From an uncultured Acidobacteriota bacterium (GTDB taxonomy: Bacteria > Acidobacteriota > Thermoanaerobaculia > Gp7-AA8), in assembly GCA_963822445.1 (NCBI GenBank), contig CAWGHO010000002.1, forward strand, positions 2,016,001-2,080,000: a stretch of 64,000 nucleotides of DNA. Direction: 5' to 3'. How positions within the stretch are numbered: position 1 is the stretch's first letter; every line of letters begins with the position of its first letter. Position numbers and translations under genes: made by a program. Shown in pieces: positions 43,590-52,160 of this stretch. The notes under the pieces are model-generated. The model was not told the origin of the DNA. It saw only the letters and a program-made list of their open reading frames with translations, and searched no databases.

Positions 43590-43750
43590 CGCTCGCGGGT
43601 GAGGATGCGGCCGAGGATGAAGAGGAACCCGCCGATGGCGAGGAGCTTCACTTCCGTGCGCACGTCGCCCTTCGCCAGGCCGTAGGAGAGAGCGATCGGC
43701 AGGAGAACCAGCGCCGAAAGCTGGAGGAGGCGGCCGAAGAGCGCGCTCAT
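43586..43750 (-). CDS. Small 2-TM membrane protein, 54 aa (not in the ORF track)
   Basis: MSALFGRLLQLSALVLLPIALSYGLAKGDVRTEVKLLAIGGFLFILGRILTRER; its TGA overlaps the next ATG (ATGA). Confidence 0.7.
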   Translation of the reverse strand: MSALFGRLLQLSALVLLPIALSYGLAKGDVRTEVKLLAIGGFLFILGRILTRER

Positions 43751-43760
43751 GACGGCCGCT

Positions 43761-43869
43761 CTCGGAGCGCCGCCGGCTCGGCGGCTGTATCGCCGGCGGC
43801 TCGCCGGCTCTCGGGATGGCCGGCGCGGGACGCCGGCGGACCAGCCGGCGGGGACGCCAGCGCTCCGAG
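43761..43869. repeat. GC-rich composite palindromic (REP-like) element
   Basis: Terminal CTCGGAGCGC/GCGCTCCGAG enclosing short hairpins such as GCCGGCG-GCT-CGCCGGC. Confidence 0.7.
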
Positions 43870-43895
43870 GTGAGCAGCGACGGACACGGTGCCGC

Positions 43896-46430
43896 CTACT
43901 CTTTCGCCACGATGGCCAGCAGATCGTCCTCGAACAATCCCGCCGGCCGCTCGACGATGCGGCCGACCTCGCGGTCGCCGCGGTAGTAGATGAACGTCGC
44001 GATCTTCTGCACGTCCTTGCCGGCGATGAGCGCGGCCGGCTGCTGCTTGGAGCGGTCGACCGCGACGAACGTCGCCGGCAGCTCGATGCCGAACTGCGAC
44101 TTCAGATCCTCGCGGATGCGCAGGAACTTCGGCACTTCGCGCACGCTGTCCGGGCACCAGGTGCCCATGTAAACCTCCACGCGATCGCCGGCCCGCACGT
44201 ACGACTTCATCATCTCGACGACGGTGAGGTCGGGCTTGTACGCATTGCGCGCGTCCTCGTACTCCGGCACCCGAGAGACGATGCGCTCGGCCGTCGTCGG
44301 GCCGACCTCCAGCGGAAGGGAAACGTTGGCTACGCCGGCATCCGCACCCGGCGCAGCCTTTTCGTCGATGGCGATCGTCGTGACGCGGTCGCCGCGCTCA
44401 GTCTGATCGACGACCGAGTTCATCCCGTCGAACACCCGCGCGAAGATCGTGTAGCCGCCGTCGAGATGCGGCTGCGGCGAGTGGGTGATGAAGAACTGCG
44501 AGCCGCCCGTGTCCGGACCGGACAGGGCCATGCCCACCGCGCCGCGCGTGTACTTCTGCAGGTTGATCTCGTCGCGAATCGCGTAGCCCGGGCCGCCGCT
44601 CATGTCGTTGCGCGGATCGCCGCCCTGAATGACGAAGTTGGGGACGACGCGCATGAAGGACGTGTTGTCGAAGTACTTCTTCTTCGCGAGCTGCGCGAAG
44701 TTCCAGGCCGTCATCGGCGCGTCCTGCGCGAGCAGCACCAGATCGATCGTGCCGCGGGTCATGTGAATCGTGGCCGTGTGCGGCTGCCGCGACCAGCGCA
44801 CGATCTCCTCGTACTCCGCCGGCGTCCGCGTGACCGCGAGCGGCGTGAACGCCGGGAGCCGCTTGAACTGATCGCGCATCGCCTCGGCCGCAATCCTGCG
44901 CACGACCGGATCGCGATCGTCGAGCAGCGACTGCAGAAAGTCGCCGCGGGCGTCGAACTCGATCTTGGAGATGGCCGAGATGATCGAAAGCCGCGCGTCG
45001 TTCATCGCGTCGCTCTGCTCGCGCGTTTCCGCGTCCCGGAGCGTCTGCAGCATCGCGGTCGCGGGCTCGCTCTTCAGCTTCGTGTATTTCTCGATCGCGT
45101 TTGCGCGAACGACCACATCCGGATCGGTGATCGCCTTGCGGATGATGTCCGCTTCCGCGTCTGCGCTTTCGTCGGGGATGGCTCCCACGATGCCCGCGCG
45201 CACGAGCGCGTCAGGATTGCTGTTCCAGTACTTTGAGCGGATGGCCGGACCATGCGCTGTGGCCGCCGTTGCTTCGACTATGCGCAGCCGTGCCCACGAC
45301 GAGAGATCGTCGCCGAGGCTCTTGAAGATCTCGGTGTCGGGGGCGAAGTGCTTGGCGATCGCGCCCGCGGCGAGCTCCCGCTCCCACTGCGTGCCGTTCC
45401 GCAGGATCGACTGCAACCGCGCCCGCGCCGTTTCGTTGGTCTCGCCGTAGTAGCCGACCAGATCGATGATCGAAGCTCGGACGCCGGCATCCGGATCCTC
45501 GGTCACAGCGAAAATCCGCGGCAGATCTTCCGCGCGGAGCACTCCGCGATTCTTTTCGGCGATGCGAGCCGCGGCGATTGCCGCGTTGGTGCGAACCCAG
45601 GGATGCGCGTCGCCGAGGGCGGTGATCATCAGCGGCATCGAGCTGGCGGCGCCGATGCGGCCCAGGGCTGTCGTGGAGTAGGCGCGGGTGAGGACGTTTC
45701 GCTCGTTCATCAGCAGCTCGAGCTGCGCGCGTGCCGGCTCGAACGGCCGCCGCGCCAGCGCGTACGCCGCTTCCTGCCGCACGGCGTCGGATGCATCGCC
45801 GAGCGCGGCCATGGCCGCGGTGCTGGCGGTGTCGTTGTCGAAGCGGAAGACGTAGCGGATGGCTCGCGCGCGGATGCCCTCGGGCCACGGCGCGCGGGTC
45901 AGGAGCTGATAGCGGTTCCAGATCGATGCGGCGGCCGTCTTGTCCAGCGCGGCGAGCTTCGACAATCCCTCGACGGCCTCGGCGGCCACGCCGGCATCGG
46001 CGTCCGTCGTCTGATAGAACAGCGTGCCCGCGCCCTGCGGGTCGCCGATCTCGCCGACGGCGAAGGCAACAGCTTCGCGCACGCGGCGATCGGGGTCGCC
46101 GGCCAGCTTGCCGAGGTCGTCGATGCCTGCCCGTTTCTCGAACGGCGGGTCGAAGATGAGGCTTCTGTTCGCATCGATGAACGCGTGCTGGCCGATGCGA
46201 GCGAGGGCCAGGGCGATCCGCCGCCGGTGCGTCGGGTTCGGGTGAGCGATCCAGCGGTCGATCAGGGGCTGATCGATCTCGCGGCGATCCTCGAGCGCCA
46301 GAATGCGCGCCTCTTCTTCGACCGTCATTCCGTACGGCTCCGCGGCGGCAGGCGGTGCGGTGGCCGGGGGCGGTGTGGCGGTGGTGCAGGCCAGGGTGAG
46401 CATCAGGGCGAAGGGGACGGTGTTGCGCAT
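43896..46430 (-). CDS. Lipoprotein with HEAT repeats, a cyclophilin-type PPIase domain and a thioredoxin-like domain
   Basis: MRNTVPFALMLTLAC lipobox; L-x-D-x-D-x-x-VR repeats; FMRVVPNFVIQGGDP and GGSQFFIT; MGTWCPDS. Confidence 0.82.
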   Translation of the reverse strand: MRNTVPFALMLTLACTTATPPPATAPPAAAEPYGMTVEEEARILALEDRREIDQPLIDRWIAHPNPTHRRRIALALARIGQHAFIDANRSLIFDPPFEKRAGIDDLGKLAGDPDRRVREAVAFAVGEIGDPQGAGTLFYQTTDADAGVAAEAVEGLSKLAALDKTAAASIWNRYQLLTRAPWPEGIRARAIRYVFRFDNDTASTAAMAALGDASDAVRQEAAYALARRPFEPARAQLELLMNERNVLTRAYSTTALGRIGAASSMPLMITALGDAHPWVRTNAAIAAARIAEKNRGVLRAEDLPRIFAVTEDPDAGVRASIIDLVGYYGETNETARARLQSILRNGTQWERELAAGAIAKHFAPDTEIFKSLGDDLSSWARLRIVEATAATAHGPAIRSKYWNSNPDALVRAGIVGAIPDESADAEADIIRKAITDPDVVVRANAIEKYTKLKSEPATAMLQTLRDAETREQSDAMNDARLSIISAISKIEFDARGDFLQSLLDDRDPVVRRIAAEAMRDQFKRLPAFTPLAVTRTPAEYEEIVRWSRQPHTATIHMTRGTIDLVLLAQDAPMTAWNFAQLAKKKYFDNTSFMRVVPNFVIQGGDPRNDMSGGPGYAIRDEINLQKYTRGAVGMALSGPDTGGSQFFITHSPQPHLDGGYTIFARVFDGMNSVVDQTERGDRVTTIAIDEKAAPGADAGVANVSLPLEVGPTTAERIVSRVPEYEDARNAYKPDLTVVEMMKSYVRAGDRVEVYMGTWCPDSVREVPKFLRIREDLKSQFGIELPATFVAVDRSKQQPAALIAGKDVQKIATFIYYRGDREVGRIVERPAGLFEDDLLAIVAKE

Positions 46431-46514
46431 GGGCGCGAATGATAGGCCAGGTGTCAGAAAGCTCGTCAGTGCCCGGAGAGATCCCGCGTCTGCGCGCGGG
46501 ATAAACTTCGCATC

Positions 46515-47156
46515 GTGAGTACGTCCACTGTCGTGGTCGAGGGGCTGGGCCGCCGCTACGGCCGCCGGTGGGCGCTCGCCGACGTTTCCTTCGAGGTTCC
46601 CGCCGCGTCCGTGGTGATGGTTGCCGGGCGCAACGGGGCGGGCAAGTCGACGCTCTTCCGCGTGCTGGCCACGGCCATCCATCCCGATCGCGGCCGCGCG
46701 TCAGTTGGTGGATTCGACGTCGTCCGCCATCGCGAAGACGTCCGCCGGATGACGGCCATCCTCAGCCACCACAACTACCTGTATGAGGCGCTGACCGCCC
46801 GCGAGAACCTCGAAGTCGTTTGCAATCACCTCGAGTCCTCGCACTCGCAGATTCCGGCGGTGCTGGAGAAGGTAGGACTCACCGATCGGGCGAACGATCT
46901 CGTCTCCACGTTTTCCGCGGGCATGCGCAAGCGCGTGTCGCTCGGGCGGGTGCTCCTGCAGAACCCGACGGTCGTCTTGCTGGACGAGCCTTACGGCGCG
47001 CTCGATCCTTCCGGATTTCAGATGGTCGATGACTTTGTCGCCTCGCTGAAGCAATCCGGAGCGACGGTGCTGATGGCCACGCATCAGGTCGAGCGGGTGG
47101 CGAAGCTGGCGGACATGACCCTGGTGCTCGAAGCGGGGCGGGTGCTTTCGCGATGA
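46515..47156 (+). CDS. ccmA: Heme export ABC ATPase
   Basis: GRNGAGKST, FSAGMRKR, LLDEPY; operon context. Confidence 0.88.
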   Translation: MSTSTVVVEGLGRRYGRRWALADVSFEVPAASVVMVAGRNGAGKSTLFRVLATAIHPDRGRASVGGFDVVRHREDVRRMTAILSHHNYLYEALTARENLEVVCNHLESSHSQIPAVLEKVGLTDRANDLVSTFSAGMRKRVSLGRVLLQNPTVVLLDEPYGALDPSGFQMVDDFVASLKQSGATVLMATHQVERVAKLADMTLVLEAGRVLSR

Positions 47157-47809
47157 TCGTCGCCCTCCGCAAAGAGTTGCTCCTCCAGTGGCGCACCCGC
47201 GGCCAGATCATGGCCGTGTTCGTCTTCGGCGCGGCCGCGCTACTTCTCTTCAGCTTCGCCATCGGACCGAATGCCCACGCCCTGCGCACGTTCTCCGGCG
47301 GCTTCCTCTGGCTGGGTCTGCTGCTTTCGTCCACGCTCACGCTCGCCGAGAGCTTTCACGCGGAGATGGAAAATCGGGCTCTCGAAGGGCTGCTGCTCCT
47401 GCCCTCGAATCCGCGCGCGCTCTACTACGGAAAAGCCATCGCCAACTGGCTGCAGCTCACGCTGCTCGGGATCGCGCTGGTGCCGGTGATGGTCGTCCTC
47501 TACGACGCAGGCACTCTGCAACTGTTGAAGCTGCTTGTGGTGATCATTCTCGGAACAGCCGGTTTGTCAGCGCCCGGAACCCTGTACGCGGCCATGACCG
47601 CGCAGGTCCGGGCGAAACAGACCCTCCTCCCTCTGCTGTTGTTCCCGCTGATCGTCCCGGCCCTGCTCGCGTCCGTCAAAGCCACCTCGCTGGTGATTCT
47701 CGGCGACCCGATGGGGGAGTCGAACTCCTGGATCGGCCTGTTGTGCGCGTTCGATCTGATTTACTGGTCGCTGTGCGGTCTGCTATACCCAAGGGTGATT
47801 GAAGAGTAG
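47153..47809 (+). CDS. ccmB: Heme exporter permease
   Basis: Six TM helices, F-x-x-E-x-E-x-x-x-LEGLLL, LLPLLLFPLIVP. Confidence 0.88.
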   Translation: MIVALRKELLLQWRTRGQIMAVFVFGAAALLLFSFAIGPNAHALRTFSGGFLWLGLLLSSTLTLAESFHAEMENRALEGLLLLPSNPRALYYGKAIANWLQLTLLGIALVPVMVVLYDAGTLQLLKLLVVIILGTAGLSAPGTLYAAMTAQVRAKQTLLPLLLFPLIVPALLASVKATSLVILGDPMGESNSWIGLLCAFDLIYWSLCGLLYPRVIEE

Positions 47810-47813
47810 AACT

Positions 47814-48560
47814 ATGGATATCCCGACTCCCGCCACCAGCCGCACGCCGTACGTTCTTCTCGCGCTGGGCGTGTTGTGCCTGCTCGTCGGCTCGTACTGG
47901 GGCCTCTTCGTCGCGCCGAAAGAGCAGTTCATGGGCGATGTGCAGCGAATCATGTACGTGCACGTCCCCACGGCCTGGAACTGGATGCTGGCCGTGCTCT
48001 TCGCGACCTACGCGGCCATCGCCTTCCTCTTCACCAACAACCTGAAATGGGACGCGCGCAACGAAGCCGGTCTGGAGGTAGGGACGCTCCTCGCGGCGCT
48101 GCTCTGCTGCCAGGGCGCGATATGGGCCAAGCCGACCTGGGGAGTGTGGTGGGACTGGGACCCGCGACTGACCACGACCGCCGTGCTGCTCTTCGCGTTT
48201 CTGGGGATCCTCGCCCTGCGCAAGTTCGTCGAAGATCCGAATCGCCGCGCGATCTGGTCCGCGGTGGCAACGATCATCGCCGCGGTCGACCTGCCCATCG
48301 TCTACATGTCGGTGAAGTGGTGGAACTCCCTCCACCAGCAGCAATCCACGCCGCAAACAGTGTCGTCGGCGTTTCACGCGCCGCTGCGGATCAACGCGTT
48401 CGGGGTGCTTTTCCTGATGATCGGTTTTCTGATGTTGCGCTCAAGGCTGGCGACGTACCGGTTGCACGAGGAGCTCGGTGTCATGCCGAGCGAAGTCGAG
48501 GCACCTGGCGGCGCCCGGCCGGATCCCTCGACTGCGCTCGGGATGACGGAGGACGCATGA
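47814..48560 (+). CDS. ccmC: Heme chaperone-loading protein
   Basis: IMYVHVP, WAKPTWGVWWDWDPRLT (WWD domain), WWNSLHQ. Confidence 0.93.
   Translation: MDIPTPATSRTPYVLLALGVLCLLVGSYWGLFVAPKEQFMGDVQRIMYVHVPTAWNWMLAVLFATYAAIAFLFTNNLKWDARNEAGLEVGTLLAALLCCQGAIWAKPTWGVWWDWDPRLTTTAVLLFAFLGILALRKFVEDPNRRAIWSAVATIIAAVDLPIVYMSVKWWNSLHQQQSTPQTVSSAFHAPLRINAFGVLFLMIGFLMLRSRLATYRLHEELGVMPSEVEAPGGARPDPSTALGMTEDA
48480..48547. repeat. REP-like inverted doublet inside the ccmC 3' end
   Basis: GTCATGCCGAGCGAAGTCGAGGCACC and GATCCCTCGACTGCGCTCGGGATGAC pair at 22/26. Confidence 0.85.
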
Positions 48561-48691
48561 CCGATGGAATCGTCGTCGGAGGCTGGGAGTTCGTCTGGGC
48601 AGCGTACGGTCTGACCGCGACGGCCCTTCTCATTTATGGTGTGAGCCTCATCCTCAGACTCCGGCAAGCGAAGAACCATGCAAATCACTGA
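48557..48691 (+). CDS. ccmD: Heme exporter protein D
   Basis: MTDGIVVGGWEFVWAAYGLT, one TM helix plus a basic tail, between ccmC and ccmE; GGAGG SD. Confidence 0.8.
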   Translation: MTDGIVVGGWEFVWAAYGLTATALLIYGVSLILRLRQAKNHANH

Positions 48692-49160
48692 GACAGACCT
48701 CGCCCGCAAAAAGACGCGCCGGTTCATGTTCGGCGCAATCGCCATCGCCCTCGGCGCTTTCGCCGTCATCGCCTACAGCGGCATCAGCAAGAACCTCGTC
48801 TACTACTGGACGCCCTCCGACCTGAAAGCGAACGGCGACAAGGCTTACGGCGCGAACATCCGCCTCGGCGGCATGGTCGTCCCCGGCTCGATCAGGAAGC
48901 TCGGCGGATCGGCCGTCGAATTCGACGTGAAGGACGCCACGGACATCGTTCGCGTGAAGACCTCCAGCGTGCCGCCGCAGATGTTCCGCGAGAACATCGG
49001 CGTCGTGGTCGAGGGGACGATGATGCGCGGCGGCTACTTCCAGTCGAACCGGCTCATGGTCTCGCACAACAATGAGTACAAGCCCCCGGAGAAGGGGCAT
49101 CCGGTCGACCGCAAAGAGCTCGAGCGCATGATGAAATCCGTCGAACAAAACCAGTCATGA
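48678..49160 (+). CDS. ccmE: Heme chaperone
   Basis: LVYYWTPS, IRLGGMV, HNNEY (HxxxY). Confidence 0.92.
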   Translation: MQITETDLARKKTRRFMFGAIAIALGAFAVIAYSGISKNLVYYWTPSDLKANGDKAYGANIRLGGMVVPGSIRKLGGSAVEFDVKDATDIVRVKTSSVPPQMFRENIGVVVEGTMMRGGYFQSNRLMVSHNNEYKPPEKGHPVDRKELERMMKSVEQNQS

Positions 49161-51160
49161 TCCCTGCCCTCGGACGCATCCTCATCCTCGGATCCCTCCT
49201 CGCGGCCGCGGCAGGCTGCATTCTCGGATTCGCCGCCGGCCGCACCCGCTCACTCGATGGTCTGAAGTGGGCGCGCCGGTTCGCGTACCTCTACTCCGCA
49301 CTGATCATCGGCGCGGCCCTGCTGATGGAGTACGCGCTGCTGACGCACGACTTCTCCGTCGGCTACGTCGCGCAGGTCGGCTCGCGCGCGGTTCCGACCT
49401 GGGTCACCATCGTCAGCCTCTGGTCGTCGCTCGAAGGATCGATCCTCTTCTGGGGCCTCGTCCTCGGGGCGTACATCGCCCTGGCCACGTACTTTTCGCG
49501 CGATCGCTACACCGAATATCAGCCCGATGCGATCGGCGTGTGGCTCGGCTGCGCGGCGTTCTTCAGCTTCCTCATCGCCGGCCCTGCCAATCCGTTTCAC
49601 ACCGTGAGTCCGGTGCCGCTCGACGGACCGGGGCCCAATCCGCTGCTGCAGAACCACCTGCTGATGGCCATCCACCCGCCGTTTCTTTACCTCGGCTACG
49701 TCGGCATGACCATCCCCTTCGGCTTCGCCTGCGCGGCGCTGCTGAAAGGACGGATGGGACACGCCGTGCTCAAGCCGCTGCGCGAGTCGCTGATGCTGCC
49801 CTGGATCTTCCAGACCATCGCCATCATGCTCGGCGGCTGGTGGGCGTACGAGGTTCTGGGGTGGGGCGGGTACTGGGCGTGGGATCCGGTCGAGAACGCG
49901 TCGCTGCTGCCGTGGCTCACCGCGACGGCCGCGCTGCACTCGATCATCGTCGTAGAGCGCCGCGGCATTCTCAAAGGCTGGACGGCGACGCTGATTCAGG
50001 CGACGTTCCTCCTGGTCATCCTCGGCACGTTCATGACCCGCTCGGGCGTGTTCAACTCCGTGCACTCTTTCACCCAGAGCGCGATCGGCCCGACCATCCT
50101 CGGATTTCTCGCGGTGACGCTGCTCTTCTCCGTCGCGCTGCTCGCCTTCCGCATCGACAAGCTCGAGGCGGAAGGGAACATCGACGGGGCGATGAGCCGC
50201 GAGGGGATGTTCCTCGTGAACAACCTTCTGTTCGTGCTGCTCACCTTCACGGTGTTGATCGGCACGGTCTTCCCGCTGATCGTCGAGGCGGTGAAGGGCA
50301 AGCAGATGAGCGTCGGCCGCCCTTACTTCGACAGCATGGTCGTGCCGATCGGCGTGATCCTGCTGTTCGTGCTCGGCGTCGGTCCCGCGCTTCCGTGGGG
50401 ACGCGCGACGCGCGAGCAGCTCAAGAAAGCATTGCTGCCGCCGATTGCCACGGCGACGGTCTTCGCCATCCTCGGCTACATTCTTGGAATCCGTTCGCCG
50501 TGGACGGTGGTGACGATGTTCTTCGGCGGCTACACGGCTCACGTCACGCTGAAGGAGATGTTCGTCCCGATGATGCAGCGGCTGCGGCGCGGTGAATCAG
50601 CAGCCACGGCCTTCGTCGACGGACAGCTTCGCCGCGGACGCCGCCGGTTCGGCTCGTACATCGTGCACGCGTCGATGGTCGTGGTGATCATCGCCATCGC
50701 CGTCAGCAGCTCGATGCGCCAGGAAACGGAGCTGCACTTCACGAAGGGGCAGACTCAGAAAGTCTCGGGCTTCGAGCTGACGTTCGTTGGTGCCGAGGAG
50801 CGGCAGGAGCCTCACCGGCTTTCGACGATGGCGCGGTTCAACGTGATGCGCGATGGCAAGCAGGTGGCCACGCTGATCCCGCGCATGAACCAGTACCGGA
50901 TGATGCGCGAGCCCATCGGAACGCCGGACGTGCACACAACCGCCGGCGGCGACTTTTACATCGCGCTCAGCAACATCGACCCCATCGCGCAGACGACGAG
51001 CGTCACGGTCTTCGTCGCGCCGATGATCGTCTGGATCTGGATCGCGGTGATCTTCATGGGCATCGGCGGACTGATCTCCCTGATTCCTTCGCGACGCTCC
51101 GCTGTCATCCTGAGCGAAGCGAAGGACCCCCTGCCGTCAGCAGCTCCCGAGACCGCATGA
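49157..51160 (+). CDS. ccmF: Cytochrome c heme lyase
   Basis: NPLLQ, IHPP, WAYEVLGWGGYWAWDPVENASL, SVHSF. Confidence 0.95.
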   Translation: MIPALGRILILGSLLAAAAGCILGFAAGRTRSLDGLKWARRFAYLYSALIIGAALLMEYALLTHDFSVGYVAQVGSRAVPTWVTIVSLWSSLEGSILFWGLVLGAYIALATYFSRDRYTEYQPDAIGVWLGCAAFFSFLIAGPANPFHTVSPVPLDGPGPNPLLQNHLLMAIHPPFLYLGYVGMTIPFGFACAALLKGRMGHAVLKPLRESLMLPWIFQTIAIMLGGWWAYEVLGWGGYWAWDPVENASLLPWLTATAALHSIIVVERRGILKGWTATLIQATFLLVILGTFMTRSGVFNSVHSFTQSAIGPTILGFLAVTLLFSVALLAFRIDKLEAEGNIDGAMSREGMFLVNNLLFVLLTFTVLIGTVFPLIVEAVKGKQMSVGRPYFDSMVVPIGVILLFVLGVGPALPWGRATREQLKKALLPPIATATVFAILGYILGIRSPWTVVTMFFGGYTAHVTLKEMFVPMMQRLRRGESAATAFVDGQLRRGRRRFGSYIVHASMVVVIIAIAVSSSMRQETELHFTKGQTQKVSGFELTFVGAEERQEPHRLSTMARFNVMRDGKQVATLIPRMNQYRMMREPIGTPDVHTTAGGDFYIALSNIDPIAQTTSVTVFVAPMIVWIWIAVIFMGIGGLISLIPSRRSAVILSEAKDPLPSAAPETA

Positions 51161-51678
51161 ACCGCACCGTCGCCATCATCGGATTGATTCTCGCCGCCGC
51201 GCTGGTCGGCGTACTGTTCGTCGGACTGGGCAAGGATCCGTCGAAGATCCGCTCGCCGCGCATCGGCAAGCCCGCGCCGTCGTTTGCGCTGCGCGAAGTC
51301 GGCACGGGACAGACCGTCGATCTGGCGGCGTTCAAAGGCAAGCCGGTGGTCATCAACTTCTGGGCGACCTGGTGTGGACCTTGTTGGGAAGAGCATCCCG
51401 TGCTCGTCGCGAATGCGCGGAGACTCCAGCCGAACGTGCAGTTCCTCGGCGTGGTGTTCGACGACACCGAGCAGAAGATTCTCAGCTTCCTCCAGCAGCG
51501 CGGCTCGGGGTATCCAACCCTCGTCGATGAAAAAGGCAAGACCGCGATTGCCTATGGCGTCGGCGGCGTGCCGGAGACGTTCTTCCTCGACGCGAACGGC
51601 GTCATCGTGGCGAAGTTCAACGGCCCCATGTCGACCGATGACCTGCAGGAAAATCTGCAAAAGGCGTATCGCCAGTGA
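51157..51678 (+). CDS. ccmG: Thiol-disulfide oxidoreductase CcmG/DsbE
   Basis: NFWATWCGPC, GVPETFF, N-terminal anchor. Confidence 0.88.
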   Translation: MNRTVAIIGLILAAALVGVLFVGLGKDPSKIRSPRIGKPAPSFALREVGTGQTVDLAAFKGKPVVINFWATWCGPCWEEHPVLVANARRLQPNVQFLGVVFDDTEQKILSFLQQRGSGYPTLVDEKGKTAIAYGVGGVPETFFLDANGVIVAKFNGPMSTDDLQENLQKAYRQ

Positions 51679-52160
51679 TCGCGATTCTTCTGCTTCTTCT
51701 TCAGCTGAAAGTGCCCGATGCCGCGCAGTTCGTCGGCGCTCCGCAAGGCGCTCCGATCGCCGGCGCGCGACTCGACGAGCGGACGAACGACGTTTCCGCC
51801 CTGCTGCGCTGCCCGGTCTGCCAGGGCATGGCCGTCGCTGACTCGAAGGCGGAAATGGCCGTGAACATGAAGGCCCAGGTCCGCGAGCTCCTCGAGCGCG
51901 GCTACACCGAAGAACAGATCCTCAAATACTTCGAGCTCTCCTACGGCCAGTTCGTGCTGCTCGAGCCGAAGTTCGAAGGCTTCACCTCGCTGGTCTGGCT
52001 CCTGCCCGTCATCGCCCTCGCAATCGGCGCGGCAGTCGTGTTCTTCAAACTGCGCAAACTCGAGAAGCCCCACCCCGTAACCCCGCAACCCCGTAACCCC
52101 GAAACCGAAGATCCCTATCTCACCCGCGTCCGCGATCTCGTCGGCAAAGGAAAACCATGA
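51675..52160 (+). CDS. ccmH: Cytochrome c biogenesis protein CcmH/CycL
   Basis: LRCPVCQG, YGQFVLLEP, one TM helix. Confidence 0.9.
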   Translation: MIAILLLLLQLKVPDAAQFVGAPQGAPIAGARLDERTNDVSALLRCPVCQGMAVADSKAEMAVNMKAQVRELLERGYTEEQILKYFELSYGQFVLLEPKFEGFTSLVWLLPVIALAIGAAVVFFKLRKLEKPHPVTPQPRNPETEDPYLTRVRDLVGKGKP

